The translations under genes and the position numbers were made by a program. A DNA stretch of 64,000 bases from Nitrospirales bacterium (lineage in GTDB: Bacteria; Nitrospirota; Nitrospiria; Nitrospirales; UBA8639). The stretch covers positions 2,752,001-2,816,000 of the forward strand of contig OY820905.2 of assembly GCA_963555755.3 (NCBI GenBank), written 5' to 3'. Below are positions 30,804 through 40,108 of the stretch, piece after piece (position 1 is the stretch's first letter; each line of letters begins with the position of its first letter). The notes beneath the pieces were generated by a model, which ran no database searches, had not been told where the DNA came from, and worked only from the letters and a program-made list of their open reading frames with translations.

Positions 30804-32272
30804 CAATACTGTTCACTTAGATATCTTCGGTGGTTTGATGGATGGTGTCCAGTCAATTTGCGCAACGGGCGGTCTCGGACGTTTGTACGGTGCGTATGGA
30901 GAGTTTCGGCGTTTCACCATCCTCGGCTTGATTTTTCCACGACTGGATTCACACAACAGTTTCGCCGTCGCCTCAAACAGCAGCCGATACCATGTTTTTT
31001 GGCGCTCAGGGGGGAAGGGCCCCAGATTGGGGCAGGGTTCGACGCACTAACTGCACCGTGGCCGTAAAAGATACCGTGCGGTCAGGGATGTCTGCCTGGG
31101 TGGCCCCTTGATACATCAACCAGCGCACGGCGTAGTGGGCCATCACCCATCCGTAGAACTCTTGACGCACCAACTCTGGCGTTTTACTGCGCAGGACGCG
31201 ACGACGTTGCCTCAGGTGCGTCTTCAGCTCATCAAACACCAATTCCACCTCCCAGCGCTCGTGATACAGTTGAGCCAGGTCCTGGGCGGGTGCGCCTTGG
31301 TCATCCAGCAGCGTGGTGACGAGACGGTACAGCGGTTCGCTATTGGGCCCCTGCGGTAAGACATACTCAATCACCCTGATGGCGATCCCATCAATTCGCT
31401 TTCTTCTGGCGCGTTCACTGGGATACAGATGGCTCAGGTACGAGCCATCGTCCAACAGCTTGTCAACTGGAAGGATCAAGCTCTTCGGCATGCGCCAGAG
31501 TAGTTGCGCTCCGGTCTGAAGGCCGGCCTGCCAATGGGCGTACCCGACAAAGCCGCGATCGGCCATGCAGAGCATGTCGGGCGTGAGGCGACGCACCAAG
31601 GGCGCGGCCACCTCCCATTCGGCCTGCTTATAGGCCCCTAGTTCGGCATCCAAAATGGCGTGACTGGCACATTCCGTCAAAATGGCGCACTGGGCTTGGG
31701 GGTAGCCGGCCTGCCCGGTTCGGCTCCCTGGGTACCCAAAGGCTTGCACATTGGCTTCCTCATCCGGGACCTCAAAGTTGGAGCCATCTATCGCGACGAG
31801 TCGGTAGCCTGCAAAAAAGGCGTGGGCATGCTCTGGACGAGCCAACGGGCGCAAGCAGCGCTGTCCAATGGCTTTCAGCGCCTTCCACGTCAGCCGTGAG
31901 CGGGCTTTGCTGATGGCTGATTTGACAACGGTCACGGGAGCAACGGGTTTGTGGTCTTTCCATGCCAGCCCTTGGGCCACAGCGGCAAACACCGCTTCGT
32001 ACGCGGCCTCGCTGTATAAGCTCAACGCCATGGTGTAGTACACCACGGCAGAAGCGGGAAAGGTGCGGACACGTTCACTGTTACAATGATGTGCGTCAAG
32101 TTCTTCGTTGATGATGGCCACCGGAAAGGCACGAGCCAGTAATCCCGTGCTCAAATAATCCGCCAATCGAGCCCCCGCCCCCAAGCCGACTTTCTTTCTT
32201 GCCATGTTGCCTCCTCCCAGATTACGTGTGGAGGCGAAGTATAACAGATTTTCATCTAAGTGAACAGTATTG
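30804..32272 (-). mobile_element. IS4-family insertion sequence, apparently intact
   Basis: Perfect 19-bp TIR CAATACTGTTCACTTAGAT, 10-bp target duplication GGACCTGAGG. Confidence 0.94.
31006..32205 (-). CDS. IS4-family DDE transposase
   Basis: VAIDGS, MADRGF, YHERWEVELVFDELK (YREK signature); GGAGG SD. Confidence 0.92.
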   Translation of the reverse strand: MARKKVGLGAGARLADYLSTGLLARAFPVAIINEELDAHHCNSERVRTFPASAVVYYTMALSLYSEAAYEAVFAAVAQGLAWKDHKPVAPVTVVKSAISKARSRLTWKALKAIGQRCLRPLARPEHAHAFFAGYRLVAIDGSNFEVPDEEANVQAFGYPGSRTGQAGYPQAQCAILTECASHAILDAELGAYKQAEWEVAAPLVRRLTPDMLCMADRGFVGYAHWQAGLQTGAQLLWRMPKSLILPVDKLLDDGSYLSHLYPSERARRKRIDGIAIRVIEYVLPQGPNSEPLYRLVTTLLDDQGAPAQDLAQLYHERWEVELVFDELKTHLRQRRRVLRSKTPELVRQEFYGWVMAHYAVRWLMYQGATQADIPDRTVSFTATVQLVRRTLPQSGALPP

Positions 32273-32290
32273 GGACCTGAGGGGAATTCT

Positions 32291-32665
32291 TTATCTCTTG
32301 TTTTTAGAAGTCTGCAAGTGCTGTTGAAGACTAGGAGAATTTTGAATGAACGGATTCAGTCGTCCAAATTTCGAAGCTTTTTGAAAATGACGAGAGGCTT
32401 TTTCCCGTTGGCCCATTTGATTATAGGCGAGGGCTAAATTGTAGTGGGCGACCGCGGATCGCGGATTCGTCTTTAGGGACTTTTGAAAGTGTGAGATCGC
32501 GGAATCAAAGTTGCGTTGATTATATTGACCAACCCCATCATTGATGGAAACAGCCCCTTTAGTGCCTGACAACGGCATGATAGCCTGACCCCAGGAAAGT
32601 GAACAGACCGCGATACTCCATATGGTGGCCATTCCAATGAACAGGATTTTACGTAAACTTGGCAT
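32291..32665 (-). CDS. Secreted TPR-repeat protein
   Basis: Signal peptide, AHYNLALAY TPR; AAGGAGG SD before ATG 32665. Confidence 0.8.
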   Translation of the reverse strand: MPSLRKILFIGMATIWSIAVCSLSWGQAIMPLSGTKGAVSINDGVGQYNQRNFDSAISHFQKSLKTNPRSAVAHYNLALAYNQMGQREKASRHFQKASKFGRLNPFIQNSPSLQQHLQTSKNKR

Positions 32666-32745
32666 AGCTTCCTCCTTGATTAGTCTATTCGTTACATCGG
32701 AGAAGCAAAGCAATTTATTGAGGATAGACGAAAAGGCCTCGGCTA

Positions 32746-32931
32746 GGAGCCTGTGAAAGATTAAACAGTTCTACTGTGGATGCGCCGGATTTGGCCGGAT
32801 TTTCCAATCCTTTTCGTTGAATAGCTCACCTATTCGTGCCTCCAATGATCGATCTGACTCAAACCAGCACAATCTCGCGACAATCCCAAATCTGGGCCTC
32901 CCAATTGTACCGATTATTTCGTGACGGACCC
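32746..32931. repeat. Chimeric MITE: family D right end joined to an unrelated left end
   Basis: CAAATCTGGGCCTCCCAATTGTACCGATTATTTCGTGACGGACCC matches the 35760-36022 right end; left part AGGAGCCTGTGAAAGATT differs. Confidence 0.55.
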
Positions 32932-32934
32932 TTA

Positions 32935-33091
32935 GGGTTCGCCCAAGAATAACTTCCCATGTTTGGGTGCTGAGACGCCTGTCTGGCAAGGCGCGAGGAC
33001 TGCGCATACTCCGCGTATGGAAAGGACGAGCAACGCCGGCAGACGGGATGGATCGACGCCCAAACATGGGAAGTTATTCTTGGGCGAACCC
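32935..33091. mobile_element. MITE family C (157 bp)
   Basis: Long perfect TIR GGGTTCGCCCAAGAATAACTTCCCATGTTTGGG; flanks TTA/TAA. Confidence 0.8.
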
Positions 33092-34438
33092 TAAGTCAGG
33101 GATAAGAATAAGGCACCAGGGTGGAGGCTCTTCGCTCATCTGAGAGAATTGCTGGGCGGTGAAACTGGCAGGCATGTCTGAAAACACTGCACCCCGTCGA
33201 ACTTCAACATAGCCAAATCGAAACCCTTCTGAGCCACGAGGGTGTGGGGTGAGCGTGTGTGGCAACTGGATCCTCAAGGGTGTCACATTCGACAGACAGC
33301 AGCGCTCGCCTTCTTTCAACGATGAAAGCGATTCATACACCTGCTTGAAGATCCCCGGTAGATTCTCCTGAGTAAATACGACATTGGATGGGCGCATGGA
33401 CTCATCGTCGACAAGCTGGGACAGGATTTCCCAAAATACTTCGGCATCGATGGACGACAGTATGCAGAGTTGCCCCCTTCGGGCCATGAGATCCAGCAGG
33501 GCAAGCGGGCCGCGAATGGCAAACTTCCAGGACGGAAAGAGGAGCGTTCGCCCTCGGTGATGGACCTCTAAGGCCTCTTCACCATTCACGTGAACGGTTT
33601 TGAAATCTCCCTTTGTTCGCTTCAAATGCTCCTGGATTGTATTCTGCGAAAGGCGTGTTGGTTCAAAAGCAAACGTGGGAGTGGCGGGAGCATGACAGGT
33701 GACAATGGAATACGTGTTCAGTAACTCGCGGGGCGTGGTGAGATCCAGCATATCCTTCGCGCCCCAAAATCGAAAGTGGAGGTACTCGAGCGGGTGTTGA
33801 GACAAGCGAGCCAAACGTTCCTGGCTGGCATGATACACTCCTCCAAACTGAGATCCAGTTTGAAGACGATCAAGCGCATGGAGTGTCAGCAATTGACCGG
33901 CATTCTGGATTTGTGGGAGATACTGAGTGAGCAGTGCTTCCTCAAACGATAAATCCCCAGCGCCAAGGTCTAGTAATGATGGGTCGCCAACTTTAAGGAG
34001 CCAATCGTATGGATTGGTGTGGGTCCGAACAAAATCTTCCAGTTCTTGTGGATCGAAGGTGTCATCACGCTGGCTCTCCTGGTCAACCAGGTCGAAGTAG
34101 AGACAGAGTACCCGAATGGCTTTGGTTGCTGGAAGACCCGTCAACTCTTTGAGGCGATCGGCATGCACATTCGACTTTGATGAAGTGTTTCCTGGTGATG
34201 GCAGGGCGGCAAGCAACATTTCTTGGATCGCCGGTTGGCAGCTACTCTGGGGAATGCGTTCGATCAGCTGCTCAAGTGTTGCGGGAAGGGAACGTGGCTC
34301 GACCAATTTTCTGGTCAATTCCCAGCCTAAGGCGTGTTCCTGCTTGGCCTGCTTTACTTGGTGACGGAATTGGCTCAAGGCGTTCTTCTGAGAAGAATCG
34401 TTAGAAGATGGTGTATGCGTGCGAGGGTCGAGTGCCAC
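33074..34438 (-). CDS. Hypothetical protein with possible SAM-binding motif
   Basis: 454-aa ORF; SLLDLGAGD glycine-rich motif; stop inside MITE C. Confidence 0.7.
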   Translation of the reverse strand: MALDPRTHTPSSNDSSQKNALSQFRHQVKQAKQEHALGWELTRKLVEPRSLPATLEQLIERIPQSSCQPAIQEMLLAALPSPGNTSSKSNVHADRLKELTGLPATKAIRVLCLYFDLVDQESQRDDTFDPQELEDFVRTHTNPYDWLLKVGDPSLLDLGAGDLSFEEALLTQYLPQIQNAGQLLTLHALDRLQTGSQFGGVYHASQERLARLSQHPLEYLHFRFWGAKDMLDLTTPRELLNTYSIVTCHAPATPTFAFEPTRLSQNTIQEHLKRTKGDFKTVHVNGEEALEVHHRGRTLLFPSWKFAIRGPLALLDLMARRGQLCILSSIDAEVFWEILSQLVDDESMRPSNVVFTQENLPGIFKQVYESLSSLKEGERCCLSNVTPLRIQLPHTLTPHPRGSEGFRFGYVEVRRGAVFSDMPASFTAQQFSQMSEEPPPWCLILIPDLGFAQE

Positions 34439-34521
34439 GATCGGAGCCTATCCATCGCCTTGATGATGCGTCAAGCGTACGATATCGTTAAGTTGCGGAG
34501 GAGGACCCCCTGTGTTACATC

Positions 34522-35505
34522 ATGGCCATGCTGCGACCGATTCCGTGGGTGTTTCGAAACGTTTTTGTGTGCACGGTTTTCGCTGTTGGGGCAATTTTAT
34601 CGACAACGGCCTGTGCCACCACGCCATCCCACCCGGCCTATCAACAGGGTCAGATTATTGATCCTGCCAAAAACGTCACCATGTCTTTTTCTGAGTTCCG
34701 GTCTGTACTGTTAGGAACCGATGTCATTTATATCGGTGAAGCCCATTACACCCCCTCCCATATTGAAGCAGCGCTTCAAGTGCTGCAGACCCTCCTTGAC
34801 GAGGGCCGAACTCCTATTTTAGGGATGGAAATGTTTAGCTGGGACGGACAGGGTGGCCTGGATCGTTACTTGAATGGAGAAGTGACCAGGATCGAGGAAT
34901 TTTTGGCCGAATCACAATGGAAAAATAATTGGGGTGGGAAATATGCAGACTACTCCCCACTCGTCGATTTTGCCAAAACGCATGAATTGAAATTGCTGGG
35001 CCTCAATCCTCCTCGCCCGCTCGTGCGTAAAGTCGTTCAAAAAGGGTTAAGTGGAATTGGGGGCGATCCGGATGTGAAAAAATGGAATATTCCCGATCCA
35101 TTCCCTGCTGACGATCCTGAGTACCGTGGAATTATTTTCGAGCAAATTGAAAAGTGTCATGGAGGCATGTCTCAGGAGGTCTACCAAAAAATCTATGAAG
35201 CCTCAGTCTTTCGAGATGAGGGAATGGCCTCTGTTATTACCACCACGATGTCCAGATTAGGAACTTCGGGCCCCAGGACTTTTGTGAGTTACACGGGTGC
35301 CGGGCATATTCAATATGGGCTGCCCATTCCAAAACGGGTTCAACGACAATTAGGGACACCCGTTCGGCAGGTGACAGTGTACCTCCACGCACTAGACCCT
35401 GAATACTCCGAAGATGTCGACCATTTGATCGATGAACAGATCGCGGATTTCGTGTGGCTCACTTCCTTGGGCCCTCAAGGAAGGCAACCTGGCTGTGGGG
35501 AATAG
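34522..35505 (+). CDS. ChaN family (heme-uptake-associated) lipoprotein
   Basis: Lipobox-like TTAC, VIYIGEAH, LGMEMF, FRDEGMA, GAGHIQYGLPIP. Confidence 0.8.
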   Translation: MAMLRPIPWVFRNVFVCTVFAVGAILSTTACATTPSHPAYQQGQIIDPAKNVTMSFSEFRSVLLGTDVIYIGEAHYTPSHIEAALQVLQTLLDEGRTPILGMEMFSWDGQGGLDRYLNGEVTRIEEFLAESQWKNNWGGKYADYSPLVDFAKTHELKLLGLNPPRPLVRKVVQKGLSGIGGDPDVKKWNIPDPFPADDPEYRGIIFEQIEKCHGGMSQEVYQKIYEASVFRDEGMASVITTTMSRLGTSGPRTFVSYTGAGHIQYGLPIPKRVQRQLGTPVRQVTVYLHALDPEYSEDVDHLIDEQIADFVWLTSLGPQGRQPGCGE

Positions 35506-35537
35506 ACGGTATTGTGAAACAAGGATAACGGACATGT

Positions 35538-35678
35538 GGGCACCTCTAAAAACCAGGCATTTTTTGTGAGGGCAAGGAAGCCGCGCGCGGAAAACCCGAG
35601 TGTATGGGCGAATACATGAGGATGTGAGCATGCGGCTGACGCCGCCATCACGAAAAAGGACGGTTTTTAGAGGTGCCC
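35538..35678. mobile_element. MITE family B, copy 2 (141 bp)
   Basis: Same TIR as 3361; ATGT duplicated on both flanks. Confidence 0.85.
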
Positions 35679-35759
35679 ATGTGTATATTCTTCACGAAAT
35701 ACGAGATGCGAATGACGGTTTTTTCACGAGCCACAAACTTTGAGACGCAGATTTTCTTA

Positions 35760-36022
35760 GGGTCCGTCACGAAATAACCAGTACAATTGGCCGAGACGAT
35801 TTTGGAGCGAGTCAAGGAGCAAAGAGCGCGCATACCGGGAGTATGGAAGCAATGCTCGACGCCGGCGGAGCCCAAAAGCGTCCGGCCCTCCGGGGAGGCC
35901 CATCTTTGGCCCGGGGCGGCGTTGCTCCCCGGTCATAGAGCCCCGCTAGGCTCCCTCGTCGGGCCTTGCCCCGATCACAAATCTGGGCCGCCCAATTGTA
36001 CCGATGATTTCGTGACGGACCC
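35760..36022. mobile_element. MITE family D (263 bp)
   Basis: TIR GGGTCCGTCACGAAAT...ATTTCGTGACGGACCC; TTA duplicated; two inverted core hairpin modules. Confidence 0.8.
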
Positions 36023-36050
36023 TTAACCAAGAAAACCAAAGGAGAACACC

Positions 36051-36296
36051 ATGAGCGATCCCATAATTATTGCGCAACGCATGCCGTATGTTATGGAAAT
36101 GGAGCCGGGCAAGTATTATTGGTGCCGGTGCGGAAGGTCCCAAACCCAGCCTTTTTGTGATGGATCACACACAGGAACGGAGCATTCGCCAGTGGAAGTC
36201 GAGTTAACGAAAAAGAAAAAGGTGGCGTGGTGTGGCTGCAAGCATACGAAAAATCCACCATTTTGCGATGGTACGCATTCCCAACTGGAGGAATAA
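36051..36296 (+). CDS. CDGSH iron-sulfur domain protein (two CDGSH motifs)
   Basis: WCRCGRSQTQPFCDGSH and WCGCKHTKNPPFCDGTH; AAGGAG SD. Confidence 0.93.
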   Translation: MSDPIIIAQRMPYVMEMEPGKYYWCRCGRSQTQPFCDGSHTGTEHSPVEVELTKKKKVAWCGCKHTKNPPFCDGTHSQLEE

Positions 36297-36418
36297 CTGC
36301 GAGAAGGCGAGAATTTTGCTTGCGTCTTCCCTAGGAATTTTTATAAAATTGCAATCCGGTGAATTCTCGGACAATATTTTGAAATTATTTTCAAAGTGAC
36401 CATAAGGAGGGCCAGAGA

Positions 36419-36589
36419 ATGAAAAAGACAATTCAAGGACTACTCGGTGGAGCTTTATTGCTAACCAGTGCGACCCCAGCGTTGGCCAATCCTGGTGGTG
36501 GGTATGAAGGTATCACCGGGTTGTACTATTCGATCATTGCCTGCATTTTGGCTTACGGTTGCTACGACATTTTCTTTAAAAAAGAGTAG
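36419..36589 (+). CDS. Small exported/membrane protein (56 aa), missing from the ORF track
   Basis: AAGGAGG SD; MKKTIQGLLGGALLLTSATPALA-NPGGGYEGITGLYYSIIACILAYGCYDIFFKKE*; followed by a terminator. Confidence 0.8.
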   Translation: MKKTIQGLLGGALLLTSATPALANPGGGYEGITGLYYSIIACILAYGCYDIFFKKE

Positions 36590-36626
36590 TCCAGGCTGAA
36601 GCCCTGTCAAACTGTGAATTTGACTG

Positions 36627-36679
36627 AAACCCCTTGTTATTCTGGAGACAAAGTGTCCCAGGGTAACAGGGGGTTTTTT
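36627..36679 (+). terminator. Rho-independent terminator
   Basis: AAACCCCTTGTTA...TAACAGGGGGTTTTTT hairpin plus U-tract between convergent genes. Confidence 0.7.
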
Positions 36680-36698
36680 GTTCCTGAAGCCAATAGGA

Positions 36699-37457
36699 TT
36701 AGAGGGATCGGCGAAGTTTTAATAATGGTTCCAATGCCGTCATGACGGTATCGGCGACAATGTGGTAGCCAGCGGCCATAGGGTGCATCCCATCTGCTTG
36801 ATTGAGTTCTGGTTTGGCTGCGACCCCTTCGAGCAGAAAAGGAATCAGTGTCACATGGTGTTCACGAGCCAATTGCTCAAACATGGATGAAAAACCCTTG
36901 GTATAGTCCGGCCCATAATTTGGAGGAATCTTCATCCCTGCCAATACCACAGCAGCCTCGGCATCCTTTAATCGTGTAATGATTTCGTCTAAATTGGAAT
37001 ACATACCCTCCAAGGGTTGTCCCCGCATCGCATCGTTCACCCCCAATTCGAGAATGACAATGGATGGCCTGCTTTTGAGCACCCAATTCAAGCGACGCAA
37101 TCCACCCGCCGTGGTGTCGCCGCTCACCCCTGCATTAATCACTTCATAGTGATACCCTGCCTTATTGAGCCGCTGCTGAAGTTGGGCCGGATACGATTGG
37201 TCGGGTGACACCCCAAGACCTGCCGTGAGGCTATTTCCAAATGCGACTATTCTGGGGTAGTCACTTTTGATGTTGGTCTGAGAGGTGGAGGTCGCAGATC
37301 CAGAAACGGGCGCCGAATTGGGCAAAGACAGAGACGGAATTTCTGAATCACACCCTCCAAACACCAAGATAAGCCAAAGGCACAAAATCCACGTTCTGCC
37401 TCGTGGCCAACAGACAGTTGGAGAATGACGTGGCTGCAGTGGAAGTAAATGAGGCAT
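36699..37457 (-). CDS. tesA: Arylesterase/acyl-CoA thioesterase I (SGNH/GDSL hydrolase), probable lipoprotein
   Basis: FGNSLTAG, NAGVSGDTT, LELGVND, QADGMHP; ORF-track extension to 37694 is MITE-derived. Confidence 0.85.
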   Translation of the reverse strand: MPHLLPLQPRHSPTVCWPRGRTWILCLWLILVFGGCDSEIPSLSLPNSAPVSGSATSTSQTNIKSDYPRIVAFGNSLTAGLGVSPDQSYPAQLQQRLNKAGYHYEVINAGVSGDTTAGGLRRLNWVLKSRPSIVILELGVNDAMRGQPLEGMYSNLDEIITRLKDAEAAVVLAGMKIPPNYGPDYTKGFSSMFEQLAREHHVTLIPFLLEGVAAKPELNQADGMHPMAAGYHIVADTVMTALEPLLKLRRSL

Positions 37458-37549
37458 AAGGTTGCAGGCACCAGAGAATGGGACGAAACCCCGCTTCAAA
37501 AAACCCTGCGAGAAAATTAAGGTCAGGATTTTTTTTGAGAGTATCGCAA

Positions 37550-37690
37550 GGGCGCCTCTAAAAACCAGGCATTTTTTGTGAGGGCAAGGAAGCCGCGCGC
37601 GGAAAACCGGAATGTATGGGCGAATACATGAGGATGTGAGCACGCGGCTGACGCCGCCATCACGGAAAAGGACGGTTTTTAGAGGTGCCC
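37550..37690. mobile_element. MITE family B, copy 3 (141 bp)
   Basis: Same TIR with one substitution; flanks GCAA/TCAA. Confidence 0.85.
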
Positions 37691-37765
37691 TCAAGAAAGT
37701 TCAAGAACGGGCATCGAGTGACGAACCAGGAAAACGCCGCCGACCCCCTTTTTCAACATTCCCTA

Positions 37766-38116
37766 TCACGGTCGATATCGGAACAGCCAGGAGAAGTACA
37801 TGCCGGCGATAGCAATCGTGACTAATTCAATCGATTGAAGCAACCGGCTAATCACTGCTCCAGGTTCCGGACGGGACATGATAAAATGCATGCCCAAATA
37901 GGCGGGCGGCTCTCCTGGTGCAGCTTCCCAGGGCGGAAAGAGCACAGCCATAATTAGCAGACCTACCATAATGTAGAGAATGCGGAGGTTTAATATTTCT
38001 TTGGCCCGCTCGGCATACAAAGAATCGCTCGACAAGGGCTTTCCGCAATTGGGACAAAGCCGAACGTGACTTGGCAGACTCTGCCCACATGCCGTGCAAG
38101 ATTTTGGTTCACTCAT
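37766..38116 (-). CDS. Zinc-ribbon membrane protein
   Basis: CTACG...CPNCG plus two hydrophobic helices. Confidence 0.75.
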   Translation of the reverse strand: MSEPKSCTACGQSLPSHVRLCPNCGKPLSSDSLYAERAKEILNLRILYIMVGLLIMAVLFPPWEAAPGEPPAYLGMHFIMSRPEPGAVISRLLQSIELVTIAIAGMYFSWLFRYRP

Positions 38117-38196
38117 TGACCGACCTAAACCGTGTTCTAGTACAGGGCATCACGAACGGAAGGTAGCGAATTAATGTTACGCTGTACCACGTTGAA

Positions 38197-38226
38197 TTGA
38201 CAGTTCTAGGAGTCGATTCTTATAAT
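38197..38226 (+). promoter_or_regulatory. Consensus sigma70 promoter for gpsA-larB
   Basis: Exact TTGACA-N18-TATAAT, 41 nt upstream of the gpsA ATG. Confidence 0.75.
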
Positions 38227-38267
38227 CCCGCACTCTTTTTCCATTCTGCGTTTTTCTGAGGCATTCC

Positions 38268-39326
38268 ATGACTACTACTCCTTCCTCCATCCGTCGCGCC
38301 GCTGTTATTGGCGCTGGGGCCTGGGGAACATCCTTAGCGCGACATTTGGCAGAAAATGCGCTGACCGTCAAGCTCTGGGCCTATGAAGCGGAAGTTGTCG
38401 AGGCCATCAACACCAACAAAGAAAACTCCGTATTTTTGCCTGGCGTTTCCCTCCCGGCTTCGCTCACAGCAACATCTTCGTTCACGGATGCCCTGTGTGA
38501 TGCGGACCTCCTCCTTCTGGCGGTCCCATCTCATGCCATGCGGTCCGTGATCAAAAAAATGAAACCGATTCCTTCCGAGGCGTTACCAATCATCGTGGCC
38601 ACCAAAGGGATTGAAGAAGATACCCTTAAACTGATGACCCAGGTGCTCCAGGAATTATTGCCATCAAACTGGGCTCATGGAATTTCTGTGCTGACCGGGC
38701 CAAGTTTTGCCGCGGAGGTGTGTCAATCAAAACCCACGACGGTTCTCTTGGCTGGTCAAGACTCGACCCTCACGACTCAATTGCAATCAGTGTTCATGAC
38801 TTCTTCGTTTCGAGTGTACACGGGAAGCGACCTGATTGGGGCTCAATTAGGCGGCGCCCTCAAAAACGTGATGGCGATTGCCGCCGGCGTGGTCGATGGG
38901 CTCAACCTCGGTGCGAATGCGCGAGCAGCATTAATCACCCGAGGCCTCGCGGAAATCATTCGACTAGGCGTCGCACTCGGTGCAGATGTGCATACGTTTT
39001 ATGGGCTTTCCGGATTGGGTGACCTCGTCCTCACCTGCACCGGATCACTCAGTCGGAATTACTCGGTCGGGCTCAAGCTTGGGCAAGGGGAATCGTTGGA
39101 CAAAATTTTGAAGGATACAATCACCGTAGCAGAAGGCATTCGGACAACTCGTGCGGCCATGAGCCTTGCCACACAACTTCATGTCGAGATGCCGATTGTT
39201 CAGAGTATCCACGCTCTGTTATTTGAAGGCCAATCAGCCCGACAAGCGGTGGAGGATTTGATGACTCGATCGGCCAAAGAAGAAACGTACCGCTCACCCA
39301 CGGAAACCCCCACAAGCGAGAAATAG
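38268..39326 (+). CDS. gpsA: NAD(P)H-dependent glycerol-3-phosphate dehydrogenase
   Basis: GAGAWGT, TKGIE, GPSFA, GALKNV, GLGDLVLTC, SRN. Confidence 0.96.
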   Translation: MTTTPSSIRRAAVIGAGAWGTSLARHLAENALTVKLWAYEAEVVEAINTNKENSVFLPGVSLPASLTATSSFTDALCDADLLLLAVPSHAMRSVIKKMKPIPSEALPIIVATKGIEEDTLKLMTQVLQELLPSNWAHGISVLTGPSFAAEVCQSKPTTVLLAGQDSTLTTQLQSVFMTSSFRVYTGSDLIGAQLGGALKNVMAIAAGVVDGLNLGANARAALITRGLAEIIRLGVALGADVHTFYGLSGLGDLVLTCTGSLSRNYSVGLKLGQGESLDKILKDTITVAEGIRTTRAAMSLATQLHVEMPIVQSIHALLFEGQSARQAVEDLMTRSAKEETYRSPTETPTSEK

Positions 39327-39328
39327 AC

Positions 39329-40108
39329 ATGGATCGCTCGGCCTTACAGTTGCTTCTCCAACAAGTTCAGAAAGGATCGCTTTCTGTCCAACGCGCGCTT
39401 GACCAACTTCAGACCCTTCCATACGAAAATCTTGGATTTGCGAAAATTGATCATCATCGGACGCTCCGCCACGGTGTGCCAGAAGCGATTCTTTGTGAAG
39501 GCAAGACTGAAGCTCAAATCATCGCCATTGCCAAGGGGCTCATGAAAAAAAAGGTCCCTGTGCTGGCCACACGGGCCAATCCCACCATTGCACGAGCCTT
39601 GAAACGGATCAGCCGCCGCGCAGTGTATGAGAAAGATGCCCGCATGGTGGTCATTCAATCGACCGTCCCCCAACCACAAGGAGATGTGTTGATTATCACC
39701 GCCGGCACTGCTGATATTCCGGTGGCGGAAGAAGCCAGAGTGACGGCAAGCGTGATGGGGAGTGCGGTGGAAACGCTCTTCGATGTTGGCGTCGCCGGGA
39801 TGCATCGCTTGCTCGACCATCTGGAGCGCATTCAGCGAGCCCGCGTGTTGATTGTGGTAGCCGGGATGGATGGTGTCTTACCGAGTGTCGTGGGGGGGCT
39901 TGTCAAAACACCGCTCATCGCGGTGCCGACAAGCCAAGGCTACGGCGCGAATTTTGGAGGCGTGGCCCCGCTGCTTACGATGCTAAATGCCTGTTCAGGG
40001 GGAATCGGGGTGATGAATATCGACAATGGCTTTGGTGCAGGCCATCTGGCTCACCGCATCAACTTGCTTACGGACTTGACGAAACCGAGTCGTGTACGTC
40101 CTCGGTAA
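39329..40108 (+). CDS. larB: Nickel pincer cofactor biosynthesis protein LarB
   Basis: FAKIDHHR, AGTADIPVAEEA, DVGVAGMHRL, AVPTSQGYG, NIDNGFGA. Confidence 0.92.
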   Translation: MDRSALQLLLQQVQKGSLSVQRALDQLQTLPYENLGFAKIDHHRTLRHGVPEAILCEGKTEAQIIAIAKGLMKKKVPVLATRANPTIARALKRISRRAVYEKDARMVVIQSTVPQPQGDVLIITAGTADIPVAEEARVTASVMGSAVETLFDVGVAGMHRLLDHLERIQRARVLIVVAGMDGVLPSVVGGLVKTPLIAVPTSQGYGANFGGVAPLLTMLNACSGGIGVMNIDNGFGAGHLAHRINLLTDLTKPSRVRPR

